A stretch of 64,000 bases of DNA, taken from a virus. The first letter of the stretch is position 1. Each line of letters begins with the position of its first letter. The stretch lies in IMG/VR virus record IMGVR_UViG_3300036770_003758, positions 38,211-102,210 of that record; one strand, given 5' to 3'. This document shows positions 38,013-48,116 of the stretch, piece after piece. Both the position numbers and the translations under genes were made by a program. The notes below the pieces were generated by a model. It worked only from the letters and a program-made list of their open reading frames with translations, ran no database searches and was not told the DNA's origin.

Positions 38013-38106
38013 GGGGGGGTTGGAATTGGGAAGCCTAAACTCTCTCTATTATATATAAGCTATATTATATTACGACTTGTATTTTAGCTCAAACTCTCAC
38101 TACAAG

Positions 38107-38169
38107 ATTATACGCGATCAGATATAATTCAACCTATATCTAATAAATTATATGTGATCAGATATAATT
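38107..38169. promoter_or_regulatory. Pair of palindromic 23-bp direct repeats, operator-like
   Basis: ATTATACGCGATCAGATATAATT (38107) and ATTATATGTGATCAGATATAATT (38147), 40 bp apart. Confidence 0.55.
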
Positions 38170-38507
38170 TTAAGATACAAACTACCTAGGGGAGATCTTT
38201 ATCAGAAGATAAAGGTAGGGGGTATAAAAACTAAGTAGAGGTAATACGGGGATACAAGATCTATAAAAGCGTTCGCGTATAGATAGTACTCACCCAAAGG
38301 AGGATAAATAAGATGAAGAATTAGTAGGAGAACATTAGTACGTGTACTAGTTTATAAACTATCACGTAAAACCGTAATTATCTTTTCTTCGTCTTATGCT
38401 AATACGAACAATTTTTTTTTGACATAAGTTCGCAGAAGTTCCTACTTTTTTAAAAAAATATTAAAATATCTAAACTACGTAACATTTTTTGTTAACTATA
38501 CTAAAAT

Positions 38508-38536
38508 AAAAAAACCTAGGGCTTTTACACCCTAGG
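38508..38536 (-). terminator. Rho-independent terminator of the glycosyltransferase block
   Basis: CCTAGGG/CCCTAGG stem plus T-run on the minus strand. Confidence 0.7.
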
Positions 38537-38567
38537 CTTAAACACTTGACCATGACAACAAAAAGGA

Positions 38568-39011
38568 TTATATCTTCAGCTTGTATTCTAGTATAAGGTC
38601 TTCTACAATACCGTCACCACCTTTAACTTCTAAGCGGTGTATATCTGGAACATCGTAAAATAAGATACTAGCGTCAAAAGGAATACAAGCATGTCTACTT
38701 AAGATTAAAGCTTCTTTATCTAAGAAGTAGTCGTCAGCACACATTAAAGTACTATCCCAATCTACATCTATTTTATGCTTGGCTTTAGTGTAGATATATT
38801 CAACACCTACTTTTTCAGCCCAAATTTTAGTACCTGGCCATTCATCTGCTGTACAGATAATAATTCTGTAATAATCAGATAATCTACGCAGTGCGCTAAT
38901 GTCTCTACAGTTAAATGTTTTAAACTGTTTGGAACCATCTGCACTTACGTTTTGATATGCTGGTGTAAGTACGCCGTCACAGTCAAGTATTATAGTAGTA
39001 ATTTTACTCAT
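38568..39011 (-). CDS. KdsC-like HAD phosphatase
   Basis: IILDCDGVLT, KTFNCRD, KGGDGIV. Confidence 0.8.
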   Translation of the reverse strand: MSKITTIILDCDGVLTPAYQNVSADGSKQFKTFNCRDISALRRLSDYYRIIICTADEWPGTKIWAEKVGVEYIYTKAKHKIDVDWDSTLMCADDYFLDKEALILSRHACIPFDASILFYDVPDIHRLEVKGGDGIVEDLILEYKLKI

Positions 39012-39186
39012 CGTTTTTTACTTTTTCGTTGTCTTCTTCGGTAAGTAAAATAACGCGTAGTGGAATTTGAATGAGACCGTCAAAGTCTCCAAGTTTTACA
39101 AGTTCACCAAAGTCTAAAGTTACAGTAATGCTACGATCTACGCGAGTAGCTACTTTGGTAATTACGGCACCGTTTACATCAATCAT
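39004..39186 (-). CDS. Hypothetical protein
   Basis: Coupled ORF. Confidence 0.6.
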   Translation of the reverse strand: MIDVNGAVITKVATRVDRSITVTLDFGELVKLGDFDGLIQIPLRVILLTEEDNEKVKNDE

Positions 39187-39231
39187 GGTAAGTAAATTTA
39201 ATAGTTATTAATAGCAATAAAGATAAGTATA

Positions 39232-39855
39232 TTAAATAAATATTTGATTAAAACTTAAGATTGTTTTCCAACCTTGTCCGTATTTATTTATAAGAGCTGC
39301 TACAGTTTCTTCGTCATAGTATTCACGCAGTAATGCCCTAGCTTGTGTCACAGGGTGAGTATGTAACATGTGCCTATTGTAGACGTGCGTAACTTCTGAA
39401 GTATGATCTACGTACATGTTGTAACCTTTAGCGTTAGCCCTATAGCTCCAGTCTAAGTCAAAGCCCCAGTACGGCATGTTTTCATCAGCTTCACCTACGT
39501 CAAACAACAAGTTAGTTTTAAACATAGGTGCTGTAAATTCTATAAATGGAACTTTACCGGAACCAAATCGTATGTGAGGATGGTCAGAGTTAAACTGTGG
39601 ATGTACTGCACAAGCTAACTCATTTTGTTGAAGTACGTTTATTAACTTGTCTTTAGCACCGCGTTCAAACTCTACGTTGGTAATCCACCATACGTAATCA
39701 CAAGATGGTAGTTTACGTAGAGCTTCGTTAAAAGCTACTGCCATAGAACCTACTCCTTGGCGATCTACGTAGATGATGTCTTTCTTGTCAAAGTCTTTAG
39801 TTACGCTAGAACAAGTACCTTCATCGTACTCTAATACTAATGCGATTGTTCTCAT
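39232..39855 (-). CDS. Glycosyltransferase family 2-like protein
   Basis: SMAVAFNEAL, FIEFTAPMF, VGEADENMPYWGFDLDWSYRA, VTH; ATGA-coupled start at 39855. Confidence 0.75.
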   Translation of the reverse strand: MRTIALVLEYDEGTCSSVTKDFDKKDIIYVDRQGVGSMAVAFNEALRKLPSCDYVWWITNVEFERGAKDKLINVLQQNELACAVHPQFNSDHPHIRFGSGKVPFIEFTAPMFKTNLLFDVGEADENMPYWGFDLDWSYRANAKGYNMYVDHTSEVTHVYNRHMLHTHPVTQARALLREYYDEETVAALINKYGQGWKTILSFNQIFI

Positions 39856-40805
39856 AATGAAATTATTTTTTCTAGAAAACGTATGTCCCATCGAAAAGGT
39901 TTACACCCAGATCTCAGGTCTTCTAAAAATTCATGATCTGAATACATTTTATCGGCCCAGAATAATAATTCATCTATGTTATAATTGCAACGTACAGAGT
40001 TTTGTAAGTGGTGTAAATCTTCATCGCCGTTTATGATAGCTCTGCACACTGGCGTAGAACAGCTAATACTTTCTAGACCTACATAAGATCTACAGTCGTA
40101 TTTAGTAGCTTGTATTGTAAATAAACTTTTGTTGTAAAGTTCTACAAGATCTGTAGTATCAGCACCCTGTACATATAGGTCTGGAATATCGGTGTACCAT
40201 TGCATAGGATCTGCACCATAAGCTGCAATCTTTACGTCATACTTCTTTTTAAGGAACTGTGCTACACGAGGGCCTAGTGCATCTACATCTTTAGCTGGAT
40301 TCTGTGCGTTCCAGTTAGCAACAAGGATATATTCTCTATCTAGGTTCTTATTTATAAACTGTTCATCTACGCCAAGATCTATATAGTGCATTACGCTGTT
40401 TACGCCCATAGAACGCAATCTGTACATTAGCCAGTGACTAATAGTAATTATAGGCATACCGCTATAATATGCTTGCATACATTCTGTGTACCACGTAGTA
40501 TCACCTGGTTTAAATAGTTCTTCTGCCATTTGCAAGAATAAGAACTTCTTAACAGGATAGTCTTTAATAGCATTTGCTATAACTGGACTACCACATATAA
40601 CAACATCATATCCCAGTAAGTATAAGTTTGTACCAACAGTAGTGAACACCTTAAGGTTAGCCCATTTCATATCATCTTCGCTACCAGCTTCAAGACTGTG
40701 AAATACAACATGATGGCCTCTATCTTGTAATTTAGATGACATATCTATTAAAGACCTAACACCCCCATGTGGTCTTAAACAAGGAGATATGATTAAAATG
40801 TTCAT
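39852..40805 (-). CDS. Glycosyltransferase family 4-like protein
   Basis: HGGVRSL...RGHHV, ITISHW, LYN...GLESISCSTPV. Confidence 0.8.
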   Translation of the reverse strand: MNILIISPCLRPHGGVRSLIDMSSKLQDRGHHVVFHSLEAGSEDDMKWANLKVFTTVGTNLYLLGYDVVICGSPVIANAIKDYPVKKFLFLQMAEELFKPGDTTWYTECMQAYYSGMPIITISHWLMYRLRSMGVNSVMHYIDLGVDEQFINKNLDREYILVANWNAQNPAKDVDALGPRVAQFLKKKYDVKIAAYGADPMQWYTDIPDLYVQGADTTDLVELYNKSLFTIQATKYDCRSYVGLESISCSTPVCRAIINGDEDLHHLQNSVRCNYNIDELLFWADKMYSDHEFLEDLRSGCKPFRWDIRFLEKIISL

Positions 40806-40824
40806 GATATATTTGATTTTGTCA

Positions 40825-40858
40825 CAAAATTAAACAAACTTTGTAAAAAATTTGCAAA
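40825..40858 (-). promoter_or_regulatory. Possible Bacteroidota-type promoter at the strand switch
   Basis: Minus-strand TTTG...TAATTTTG matches TAnnTTTG, about 20 bp upstream of the GT4 start. Confidence 0.4.
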
Positions 40859-40862
40859 TGTC

Positions 40863-41219
40863 ATGAATATTAGTTTGAACTTTACAGATAAGGAAGCATT
40901 TTATAGACAAGTACTGAGATGCTTAAATGCTTTTGTAGAAGAAGATTGTCTCTTAACGCCTACAGAAGAGACGTTGCTCGTGTATGTGTTATGTACTCCT
41001 GGCCCTATAGAAGGTAGGGTGCGTAGAGTAATACTTCAGAAATCTAAGATGTCAACACAGTCTTTATCTGCACACATCAAGCGTATAAAAAATAAAGGTT
41101 GGCTTGATAAATATGGTATTCCAGATAAAGCAATTAAGCGTTTTCAAGATGAGCAAGAAGCTAAGTTCTCTATAACACTGTCTTATGGAAATAACGAAAA
41201 TACTAGCACAGGAGTTTAA
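40863..41219 (+). CDS. Putative winged-HTH protein
   Basis: LTPTEETLL...MSTQSLSAHIKRIKNKGWL. Confidence 0.55.
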   Translation: MNISLNFTDKEAFYRQVLRCLNAFVEEDCLLTPTEETLLVYVLCTPGPIEGRVRRVILQKSKMSTQSLSAHIKRIKNKGWLDKYGIPDKAIKRFQDEQEAKFSITLSYGNNENTSTGV

Positions 41220-41544
41220 CTTATCAGAAGAGATAATTAAACTGGTAATCAAAGATTATTGGAAAGAAGTAAAAAGATATTGTTATAGGCCACATGAAAT
41301 TAAAGCTGGCTTAGTACTCGGTAGGATATTTAAACTTAACGTTAGGTACAAACAAGTAAAGCGGTACTCTTTTGAGTATGAAAGATCTGAGTACCCTAAG
41401 TATAGGATGCTAGCTGAATATTATAAAGAGATATGTCGTGTTCAAGAAAAATATGTAATGAACACACCCAAAAGACAAGCGGAAGTACAAAGATTAAATG
41501 AATACTATTTAAAACTTTTTTCAGATGGAAATAATGAAAGGTAA
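41185..41544 (+). CDS. Putative IHF/HU-like protein
   Basis: ILAQEFNLSEEIIKLVI...LGRIFKL; sits at the head of the packaging module as in crAss-like phages. Confidence 0.45.
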   Translation: MEITKILAQEFNLSEEIIKLVIKDYWKEVKRYCYRPHEIKAGLVLGRIFKLNVRYKQVKRYSFEYERSEYPKYRMLAEYYKEICRVQEKYVMNTPKRQAEVQRLNEYYLKLFSDGNNER

Positions 41545-42145
41545 TCAGAAGCTAAAAGAAAGTACGCTTCAAGATTTTATTGAAAGTAAAAAGGATAAAC
41601 CTAAGCAATTTGCGTTTGTAACCAGTAAAGAAGAAGCAACTTATAACTGGAGTGAACGTGAAAACATCCTTAAAAACCTTAACGATGAAGTTAAGGAAAA
41701 ACAAGTGTATAATGAAAGTATACGAGAACTTGATCCGATGTACGCTAATCTCAAGCCTACGGATAGTTATGTGCTTAGACTTTATGTTAAAGAAGCACTT
41801 CAAACAGAATCTGGGCTTATTATTAAGTCAGAAGAAAGGGTACAATCTGTACGTCAGGGTTCACATACACCTGGTGAACTTATTGCAAACCCTTATGATT
41901 TTGACTCGTTAGCTGTAGTAGTAGCGTGCCCTAGCTATGAGCAAAATCTTAAACCAGGAACACTTGTACAGGTAATTAGACCTAAAGCAGAAGTACTTGG
42001 TCAAGAGGTTGTAGGTTATGAGTATGGGTATGCGCATCCTAGCTATAGACTTGGTCAACTACCTAAGTCTTGTAGGGATCGTCATTTTGGATATTGTTTA
42101 ATGCCTTATAATAGGATAAAAGTTATCATAGATGAACAAGTTTAA
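41525..42145 (+). CDS. GroES-like co-chaperonin with an N-terminal extension
   Basis: LKPTDSYVLR...QTESGLII...AVVVA...LKPGTLV. Confidence 0.6.
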   Translation: MEIMKGNQKLKESTLQDFIESKKDKPKQFAFVTSKEEATYNWSERENILKNLNDEVKEKQVYNESIRELDPMYANLKPTDSYVLRLYVKEALQTESGLIIKSEERVQSVRQGSHTPGELIANPYDFDSLAVVVACPSYEQNLKPGTLVQVIRPKAEVLGQEVVGYEYGYAHPSYRLGQLPKSCRDRHFGYCLMPYNRIKVIIDEQV

Positions 42146-42362
42146 ACTTGTACTTAAAGAACCGTTAAGGATACTGTACTTTATTCAAGGCCATATTCTA
42201 TGGTTTATACATAAGTACGCAATACTTAAGTTTTTAGAAAGGTCTATTGAATGCAACAACTGTTACAGATCAGGGTTTTGCACACACTGTGGGTGTGAAA
42301 TAGGTCCTATGTTTATGTCATCTATTAAATGTAAAAAAGATGTGGTCGAACAAGATAGCTAA
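42132..42362 (+). CDS. Small Cys-rich (Zn-binding) protein
   Basis: CNNC...CTHCGC...C. Confidence 0.65.
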   Translation: MNKFKLVLKEPLRILYFIQGHILWFIHKYAILKFLERSIECNNCYRSGFCTHCGCEIGPMFMSSIKCKKDVVEQDS

Positions 42363-42633
42363 CTTAGGTGAAGTTAAACCTAGAAGTATCCATCACGTAA
42401 AGTTTGAATATCTAGGTCCATCTAATATTAAGGAGTTAAAATCTTCTTGCGGTTGTTCTGTAGCTAAGTTTCAACAGAGGCTTATTACAGTTAAGTTTAC
42501 AACACCAGATTTTCCATCACATCTTAGGATATCTAAGATTAAAGAAACTACGGTGTCTAGAAACATTCGTGTAACTACAGAAGACGGTGATCAGCATTTA
42601 CTTACTATTAACGCCATCATTAAAGATGTCTGA
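42340..42633 (+). CDS. DUF1573-like Ig-fold protein
   Basis: NLGEVK...F...IKELKSSCGCSVA. Confidence 0.65.
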   Translation: MWSNKIANLGEVKPRSIHHVKFEYLGPSNIKELKSSCGCSVAKFQQRLITVKFTTPDFPSHLRISKIKETTVSRNIRVTTEDGDQHLLTINAIIKDV

Positions 42634-43207
42634 TTTTGTAAGACCAGGGAATATTGATATAGATAACTTCTGGGAATTAAACCCGCAGTTAAAATATGTA
42701 CAACCTTTTAATAAGGTTAAAGACTCTAAGTTGATGTGGTCTATTTGGATGTGGTGCGATCCACATCAAGATAATAAGATTTATCGATTAGATCTTAGCA
42801 ATAAGCTTAATTCTATCAGGAACTACTACAAAAACTTTGATCCTGAAGATGAATTTACTGCTAGTTGTATTGAAGCGTATAATGTACATTGTTTATCACC
42901 AGCAGCGAGAGCGCTTAAAGAAGAAGAAAACGCGCTCAACATGCGTGCTGAAATGATACGTCTTGTGCGTGTAGAACTTCTTGATCGCACTAGAAAAAAC
43001 CCTATGTCTATGGTAGATAAAGATGTACAAGCGCTATGGGCTAAAGTAGAAGCGCTTCATGCGAATACCGCTAAAGCTTATCAGCAGTATGAAACTGCTA
43101 GAAAGATATTTGAAACAGAAACTGTAGCACCTAAAGTGTATGGTGGTAGAAAAGAAACAATACGCGAAAAAGGAGAACTGGTAATACCTAAAGAAGATTA
43201 TGAATAA
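42587..43207 (+). CDS. Hypothetical protein upstream of terminase (small-subunit candidate)
   Basis: Position; start probably MSDFVR. Confidence 0.55.
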   Translation: MISIYLLLTPSLKMSDFVRPGNIDIDNFWELNPQLKYVQPFNKVKDSKLMWSIWMWCDPHQDNKIYRLDLSNKLNSIRNYYKNFDPEDEFTASCIEAYNVHCLSPAARALKEEENALNMRAEMIRLVRVELLDRTRKNPMSMVDKDVQALWAKVEALHANTAKAYQQYETARKIFETETVAPKVYGGRKETIREKGELVIPKEDYE

Positions 43208-45578
43208 TTACTTTATTGGAGATAGGAATATATCTACAGACTACGTTAAACTTGAGAACAGAGATCAGTTCTTAACTAAAGTACCTGTATTACATCCGCT
43301 ATCTCCAGAGTATACACAGTTTTGGTCGCTACAGTTTAAACGGTGTATTGAAGGTTTATGGGGTAAGATGTTTGATAAGTGGAGGTACTGTCCTGGGTTT
43401 TTATATTTTTACGGTAACTTTTTTGTACTTGAAATAACAGATAAAAAGTCTAAAGTAACAAACTATCAAGTACCTAGGATAGACGACATTGAATGGGAAA
43501 TAGCGTATTATCTATTAGAGTCTTTTGGTTTTTCAGGGTTTGAGCAAGATGATGAATATTCGTGTTTATCATACCTAAACAGTTCTACGTTTTCTGAAGA
43601 GTACATACGAAGTAATTACCCCAGTGTCGTAAGCTCTTCTGGTTCATTAAAGAAATATGTACCTGTAGATATTTACTTAAAAAAATTACATGACAAACCA
43701 CTTGGTTCACCGCTATATGAAAATGAAACAAAAAATGCCATCATTTTTGGTACTCGTGGTGGCGGTAAGTCTTATTTCACTGCTGGGATTATTGAACATC
43801 GTTTGGTTTTTGACGGTGCTGTACGTTATAATGAGAGTTTTATTAATGGTGAGCTAACGACTAAGATGGTACTTGGCTCTTCTGTTACGGATAAATCTTC
43901 TGACCTAGCAAATAAAGTACATAAGTCTATACTTGCAAAAGCAGATCCTATCTTAGGTAAGAAGTTTGGTGTATGGGGTACACACAAAGATGATGATTTT
44001 ACACCATGTCCTCTCTTCAAAGATATGACAGGTAGCTTAGAAGCACCTAACAAGAAAAACCCATATCGACATTCGTATAAAGTAAGTTCTGGTAATCGTT
44101 GGGTACAAAAGGGTACTGATTCTACTCTTTTTCATGTGAACTATTCATTAAACAAAGGTGATGGTTCACAAGCAGCAGTTGGTGGTAGGTATTCGTTATC
44201 TGTTGTTGAAGAAGTAGGTCTTGTACCTAATGTTATTGACATTCATGTCGCTAACGAAGCTACACTATCTAGAGATGGCAGATTTGGTACTGAACTATAT
44301 CTAGGTACTTCTGGTAACTTGTCTAGGGTACTTGGTGCTAAGAGAATGTTTCTAAGCCCTCAAGATTATAACATCACACATCGTGATAACAAACATGGCA
44401 CAGAAGGTACAGATGGTAAAATAGGGTTCTTCTTACCTAACTACATGATACAACGTGATTGTAAAGATCACGATGGTAATACAGATTATAACATGGTCAT
44501 AGCTAAGATTAACGCTAGACGTAGTGACTTTGCTAAATCTGCTGACCCTAACATTCTACGTAACGAGAAAATAAATAGACCTTGTTTTGTAGATGAAATG
44601 TGGATGGGTGTTGAAGAACAGTTAATGCCTATAGAAGAACTACAATCTCGTGAAAAACAACTTATGATGTTTAACGAGTATCGTCAGTTATATACTGGTG
44701 TTAAGTTGTCGTGGGATTCTACGATGCCTAATGGAGTTAGCTATGCGGTAGATCACGACGCAGAACCATATTTAGATTGGCCTTTGAACTTAGCTAAAAG
44801 AAAAGATCCTAGAGGGCCTATTATTATTTATGATTTTCCTAGGACTATTAACAATAGCATACCTAATGATATGTACAGGTTCATAGGCCATGACCCTTAT
44901 GTAGAAGAAGATTTTAACAGAGGTGGTTCTGTAGGTGCTACGTACATACTTATGAACCCAGCGTACATTGCACAAGGAATGCCTGGGAATATTATCGTAG
45001 CTTCTTATATTGATAAACCACTAGGTGGTTTAGATGAGTACTACGAAAATCAAGAAAAGTTATTAGCATTTTACGGTAACCCTAATCAAGGTCTTTGGTT
45101 TGAAAAAAACAGAGGAGCTGATTGTAGAGCGCATTATGTGCGTAAGCATAAAGCACATCTACTATCATTGACACCTCAGTACCACGAAGGTAGTAATATT
45201 AGACAAAAAGCAATATCGTCGTTTGGATATCTTGTAGGTAACAGGATTACTAAAGCTAGGCTTGCAAAAATGGTAAGAGACTGGCTTTTAGAAGAAACAG
45301 AAATTAGTTGCGAAGACCCTAAATACAACGGTGTTAAGAAAAATTTTGAACGGATTCCATGCTTGTTCTTGATACGTCAAATGTTAGCGTATAACTTAGA
45401 TGATAATTTCGACGCATTTGATGGTTTCAGAGGTGCGATACTTGGACTTAGGGAATATGAAGTAAGGTTAGAATCTACAACAAACAAAGAAAGAAAAGCA
45501 CTTGAGACTAAGGTCTTAAGTCATTATGTAAACAACGAAAGAATATTTAAAAATTATGAACGACGCTATAAAACTTAG
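43200..45578 (+). CDS. terL: Terminase large subunit
   Basis: LYFYGNF, TRGGGKSY Walker A, VVEEVG Walker B, GTSG, GHDPY nuclease, WFEKN, NFDAFD. Confidence 0.9.
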   Translation: MNNYFIGDRNISTDYVKLENRDQFLTKVPVLHPLSPEYTQFWSLQFKRCIEGLWGKMFDKWRYCPGFLYFYGNFFVLEITDKKSKVTNYQVPRIDDIEWEIAYYLLESFGFSGFEQDDEYSCLSYLNSSTFSEEYIRSNYPSVVSSSGSLKKYVPVDIYLKKLHDKPLGSPLYENETKNAIIFGTRGGGKSYFTAGIIEHRLVFDGAVRYNESFINGELTTKMVLGSSVTDKSSDLANKVHKSILAKADPILGKKFGVWGTHKDDDFTPCPLFKDMTGSLEAPNKKNPYRHSYKVSSGNRWVQKGTDSTLFHVNYSLNKGDGSQAAVGGRYSLSVVEEVGLVPNVIDIHVANEATLSRDGRFGTELYLGTSGNLSRVLGAKRMFLSPQDYNITHRDNKHGTEGTDGKIGFFLPNYMIQRDCKDHDGNTDYNMVIAKINARRSDFAKSADPNILRNEKINRPCFVDEMWMGVEEQLMPIEELQSREKQLMMFNEYRQLYTGVKLSWDSTMPNGVSYAVDHDAEPYLDWPLNLAKRKDPRGPIIIYDFPRTINNSIPNDMYRFIGHDPYVEEDFNRGGSVGATYILMNPAYIAQGMPGNIIVASYIDKPLGGLDEYYENQEKLLAFYGNPNQGLWFEKNRGADCRAHYVRKHKAHLLSLTPQYHEGSNIRQKAISSFGYLVGNRITKARLAKMVRDWLLEETEISCEDPKYNGVKKNFERIPCLFLIRQMLAYNLDDNFDAFDGFRGAILGLREYEVRLESTTNKERKALETKVLSHYVNNERIFKNYERRYKT

Positions 45579-48075
45579 GGAAAAGGTTAAAGATAAAGAA
45601 TGGTATAAGTATCAACTTGAACGCTATGTACCTTATACTGCATCTCCTATAGTACACGATTATTACGAGATGAAGAAACTTTACGAGTTTGTAAATAACG
45701 ATTTATCAAACTTTAAAGATGACATTGCTTATTACTGTGGTTCGCTAGAAGAATACGGTGCTACTGAAGAAGTACTTGTACCGTATAATCCTATACCCAA
45801 TAAGCTTGAAGTACTTAAAGGTGATTTGCTTTCTCGTAGCTTTAACCACAGGATATTACTGCTAACTGCTAAGGCGGTTAGGGATAAGAACGAAGAACTT
45901 ATTAATGTTTTTAGGCAAAGTATTGATGAAGAACTTAGGCTTACAATAGAGAAGCAAAAAGCTATGATGGAAGGTATGCCACCTGAAGAACTTGATAAGT
46001 ACATTCAACAACTTAGGGTTGGTTTAGAACCTAAAGATCTAGCGTTAAAAACATTTAACGGTGAAGCAGAAATACTCTATTCTAAGTTGTTACAACATGC
46101 TAACTTAGATCAGGATGTTGCATACAAAAAGCTAGAGACATTAGAAGATCTTGTTACGGTAAGTAGGGTATTCTTGTATACAGGTTGGAAAAACGGTAGA
46201 CCTTATATTAAAGTACTTAATCCCCTACATGTTGGTTTTCAAAAAAGCCCTGATGTAGCTTTTATTGAAAAAGGAGATTATGTGTTTCATTGGGACGAAA
46301 TCACAGTAGGAGATGCACTTCTAGAGTATCAAAACAGGTTAGATGATGAGGAAATACAAAAGATACTAGACTACAGTTATACATTAAACCCACTTACAGA
46401 AGCACACATGACGAAACCTGTATTTGATCACGTCAAATACTATTCGCTGTTAACATCACTTGGTGAGTTTCGTAGAAAAGGTATTGGTACACATCAAGGT
46501 AACCAACTTACAAATTACAACCTTAATCAAACTCTACAGCGTTTACATCTTGAGTTTAGGGCTTTTGAAGAAGTTATATTCTTAACTGTTAAAGATGAAT
46601 ATAACACGCATATCACATTGAAAGCAAACGCAGATATTATTCCATCTACAGCAGCTAAGGTTAAGTTTACAAATCGTTGGATGGAAGAATCTACGAAGTA
46701 TGTGTGGGACGATGAGTATACAGGTGTTACTATGGAAGCTGAAGTACTTATGATCCCTAGGCGTTATGAAGTAACTAGGCTGGGTAGTGATATTATTGTA
46801 GACTACAGAGAAGTACCTTTTCAGCCAGATTATGGTAGCAATCCATTTTCTAAGTTTGAACTATCGTATAAAGGTACGATACTTTATAACAGGAACTCTA
46901 AATGGCTTTCGTTAGTACAACGTGCAATGCCTACTGCGTTTCAGTACATGGCTGCAAAACGACTACAAGATCGTGAAATAGCTAAGTACGTAGGCCAAGA
47001 ACGTGCTATTGACGTAGATCAAGTACCTGATGAACTAGGTATGGACCATGAAGGTAATGCAGAGATGTCTACAGATCCTACACTTAAAGCAGAAGTTATT
47101 GCTAGAAAAACTGGTACCAGGTTTTATTCTTCAGGTAGAAATGCAAATGGATTACCACCAGCACCTACAAGGTCTATTGGTGTAAATTACAATGTGGTAG
47201 ATACATCACCGCAGCTACTTAATCTACAGCAGTTTTGTTCTGCACTAGATATGGAAGTAGGTATGCGCATGGGTATTCCACCACAGCGTGAAGCGATGTC
47301 TGTACCTAATACAAATGTTACAGATAACAGGCAAGCACTTATGCAGTCTTCGTTAGCTACACAGACACTGTTCTATACTTTAGATATGGTATGGGCACAT
47401 GCACTCAATGAGCATGTTATGAACATGCGCACATATATTAAAAATTATTTGAGTCAAAACCCTAATCTAAAGACGTTTGATCTTGAGTATGTACTCCCTG
47501 ATGGTACTAAAGAATATCTACAGGTAGAACCAGATCATGTAGATCAATTAGAAGACCTTGGTCTTTATCTTTATGATAATGGTAGGGAACAAGTGTACTT
47601 TAATTACATGCTACAGTCTGTATTTAGCTTTGCACAAAATGCTGGTCAAGGTGTAGAACAAGTATCTTCTGTACTTAAAGCACTTACATCTACTACTTCT
47701 GTTGAAGAAATGCACAAGATTATATCTACAGAAGCTAGGGCACTTCAAGATAGGGTACAGAAACAACAAGAACAACAACAGCAACTTATTGAAGAACAGA
47801 AGAAAGCTATGCGTGAACTTGAAGAATATCGCGCTAGTCTTAAGTTAGAATCTGATATTGCTAAGATACAAGAGCAGCGTATTAGTTCTAGGGAGATTGC
47901 TGAAATTCAATCACAAGCATTAGCTAATCAGTATGACATTGATAAGAACAAAGAAAATGATCTTATTCAACGCGATCGTGAAAGAATGGCGCATGAAACT
48001 AGCGAAAAACAAAAAGATAGGAATTTACAAATAGAGCTTGCCCGTATTAAAGGAAGTTCTGTAAAGAAAGATTAA
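45556..48075 (+). CDS. Portal protein
   Basis: Follows the terminase; YNPIPNKLEVLKGD, GIPPQRE and a C-terminal Q/E coiled coil, as in crAss-like portals. Confidence 0.85.
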   Translation: MNDAIKLREKVKDKEWYKYQLERYVPYTASPIVHDYYEMKKLYEFVNNDLSNFKDDIAYYCGSLEEYGATEEVLVPYNPIPNKLEVLKGDLLSRSFNHRILLLTAKAVRDKNEELINVFRQSIDEELRLTIEKQKAMMEGMPPEELDKYIQQLRVGLEPKDLALKTFNGEAEILYSKLLQHANLDQDVAYKKLETLEDLVTVSRVFLYTGWKNGRPYIKVLNPLHVGFQKSPDVAFIEKGDYVFHWDEITVGDALLEYQNRLDDEEIQKILDYSYTLNPLTEAHMTKPVFDHVKYYSLLTSLGEFRRKGIGTHQGNQLTNYNLNQTLQRLHLEFRAFEEVIFLTVKDEYNTHITLKANADIIPSTAAKVKFTNRWMEESTKYVWDDEYTGVTMEAEVLMIPRRYEVTRLGSDIIVDYREVPFQPDYGSNPFSKFELSYKGTILYNRNSKWLSLVQRAMPTAFQYMAAKRLQDREIAKYVGQERAIDVDQVPDELGMDHEGNAEMSTDPTLKAEVIARKTGTRFYSSGRNANGLPPAPTRSIGVNYNVVDTSPQLLNLQQFCSALDMEVGMRMGIPPQREAMSVPNTNVTDNRQALMQSSLATQTLFYTLDMVWAHALNEHVMNMRTYIKNYLSQNPNLKTFDLEYVLPDGTKEYLQVEPDHVDQLEDLGLYLYDNGREQVYFNYMLQSVFSFAQNAGQGVEQVSSVLKALTSTTSVEEMHKIISTEARALQDRVQKQQEQQQQLIEEQKKAMRELEEYRASLKLESDIAKIQEQRISSREIAEIQSQALANQYDIDKNKENDLIQRDRERMAHETSEKQKDRNLQIELARIKGSSVKKD

Positions 48076-48116
48076 GCATATAGACAAGTATATATTTTAA
48101 CGTTAATTTTGAGACG

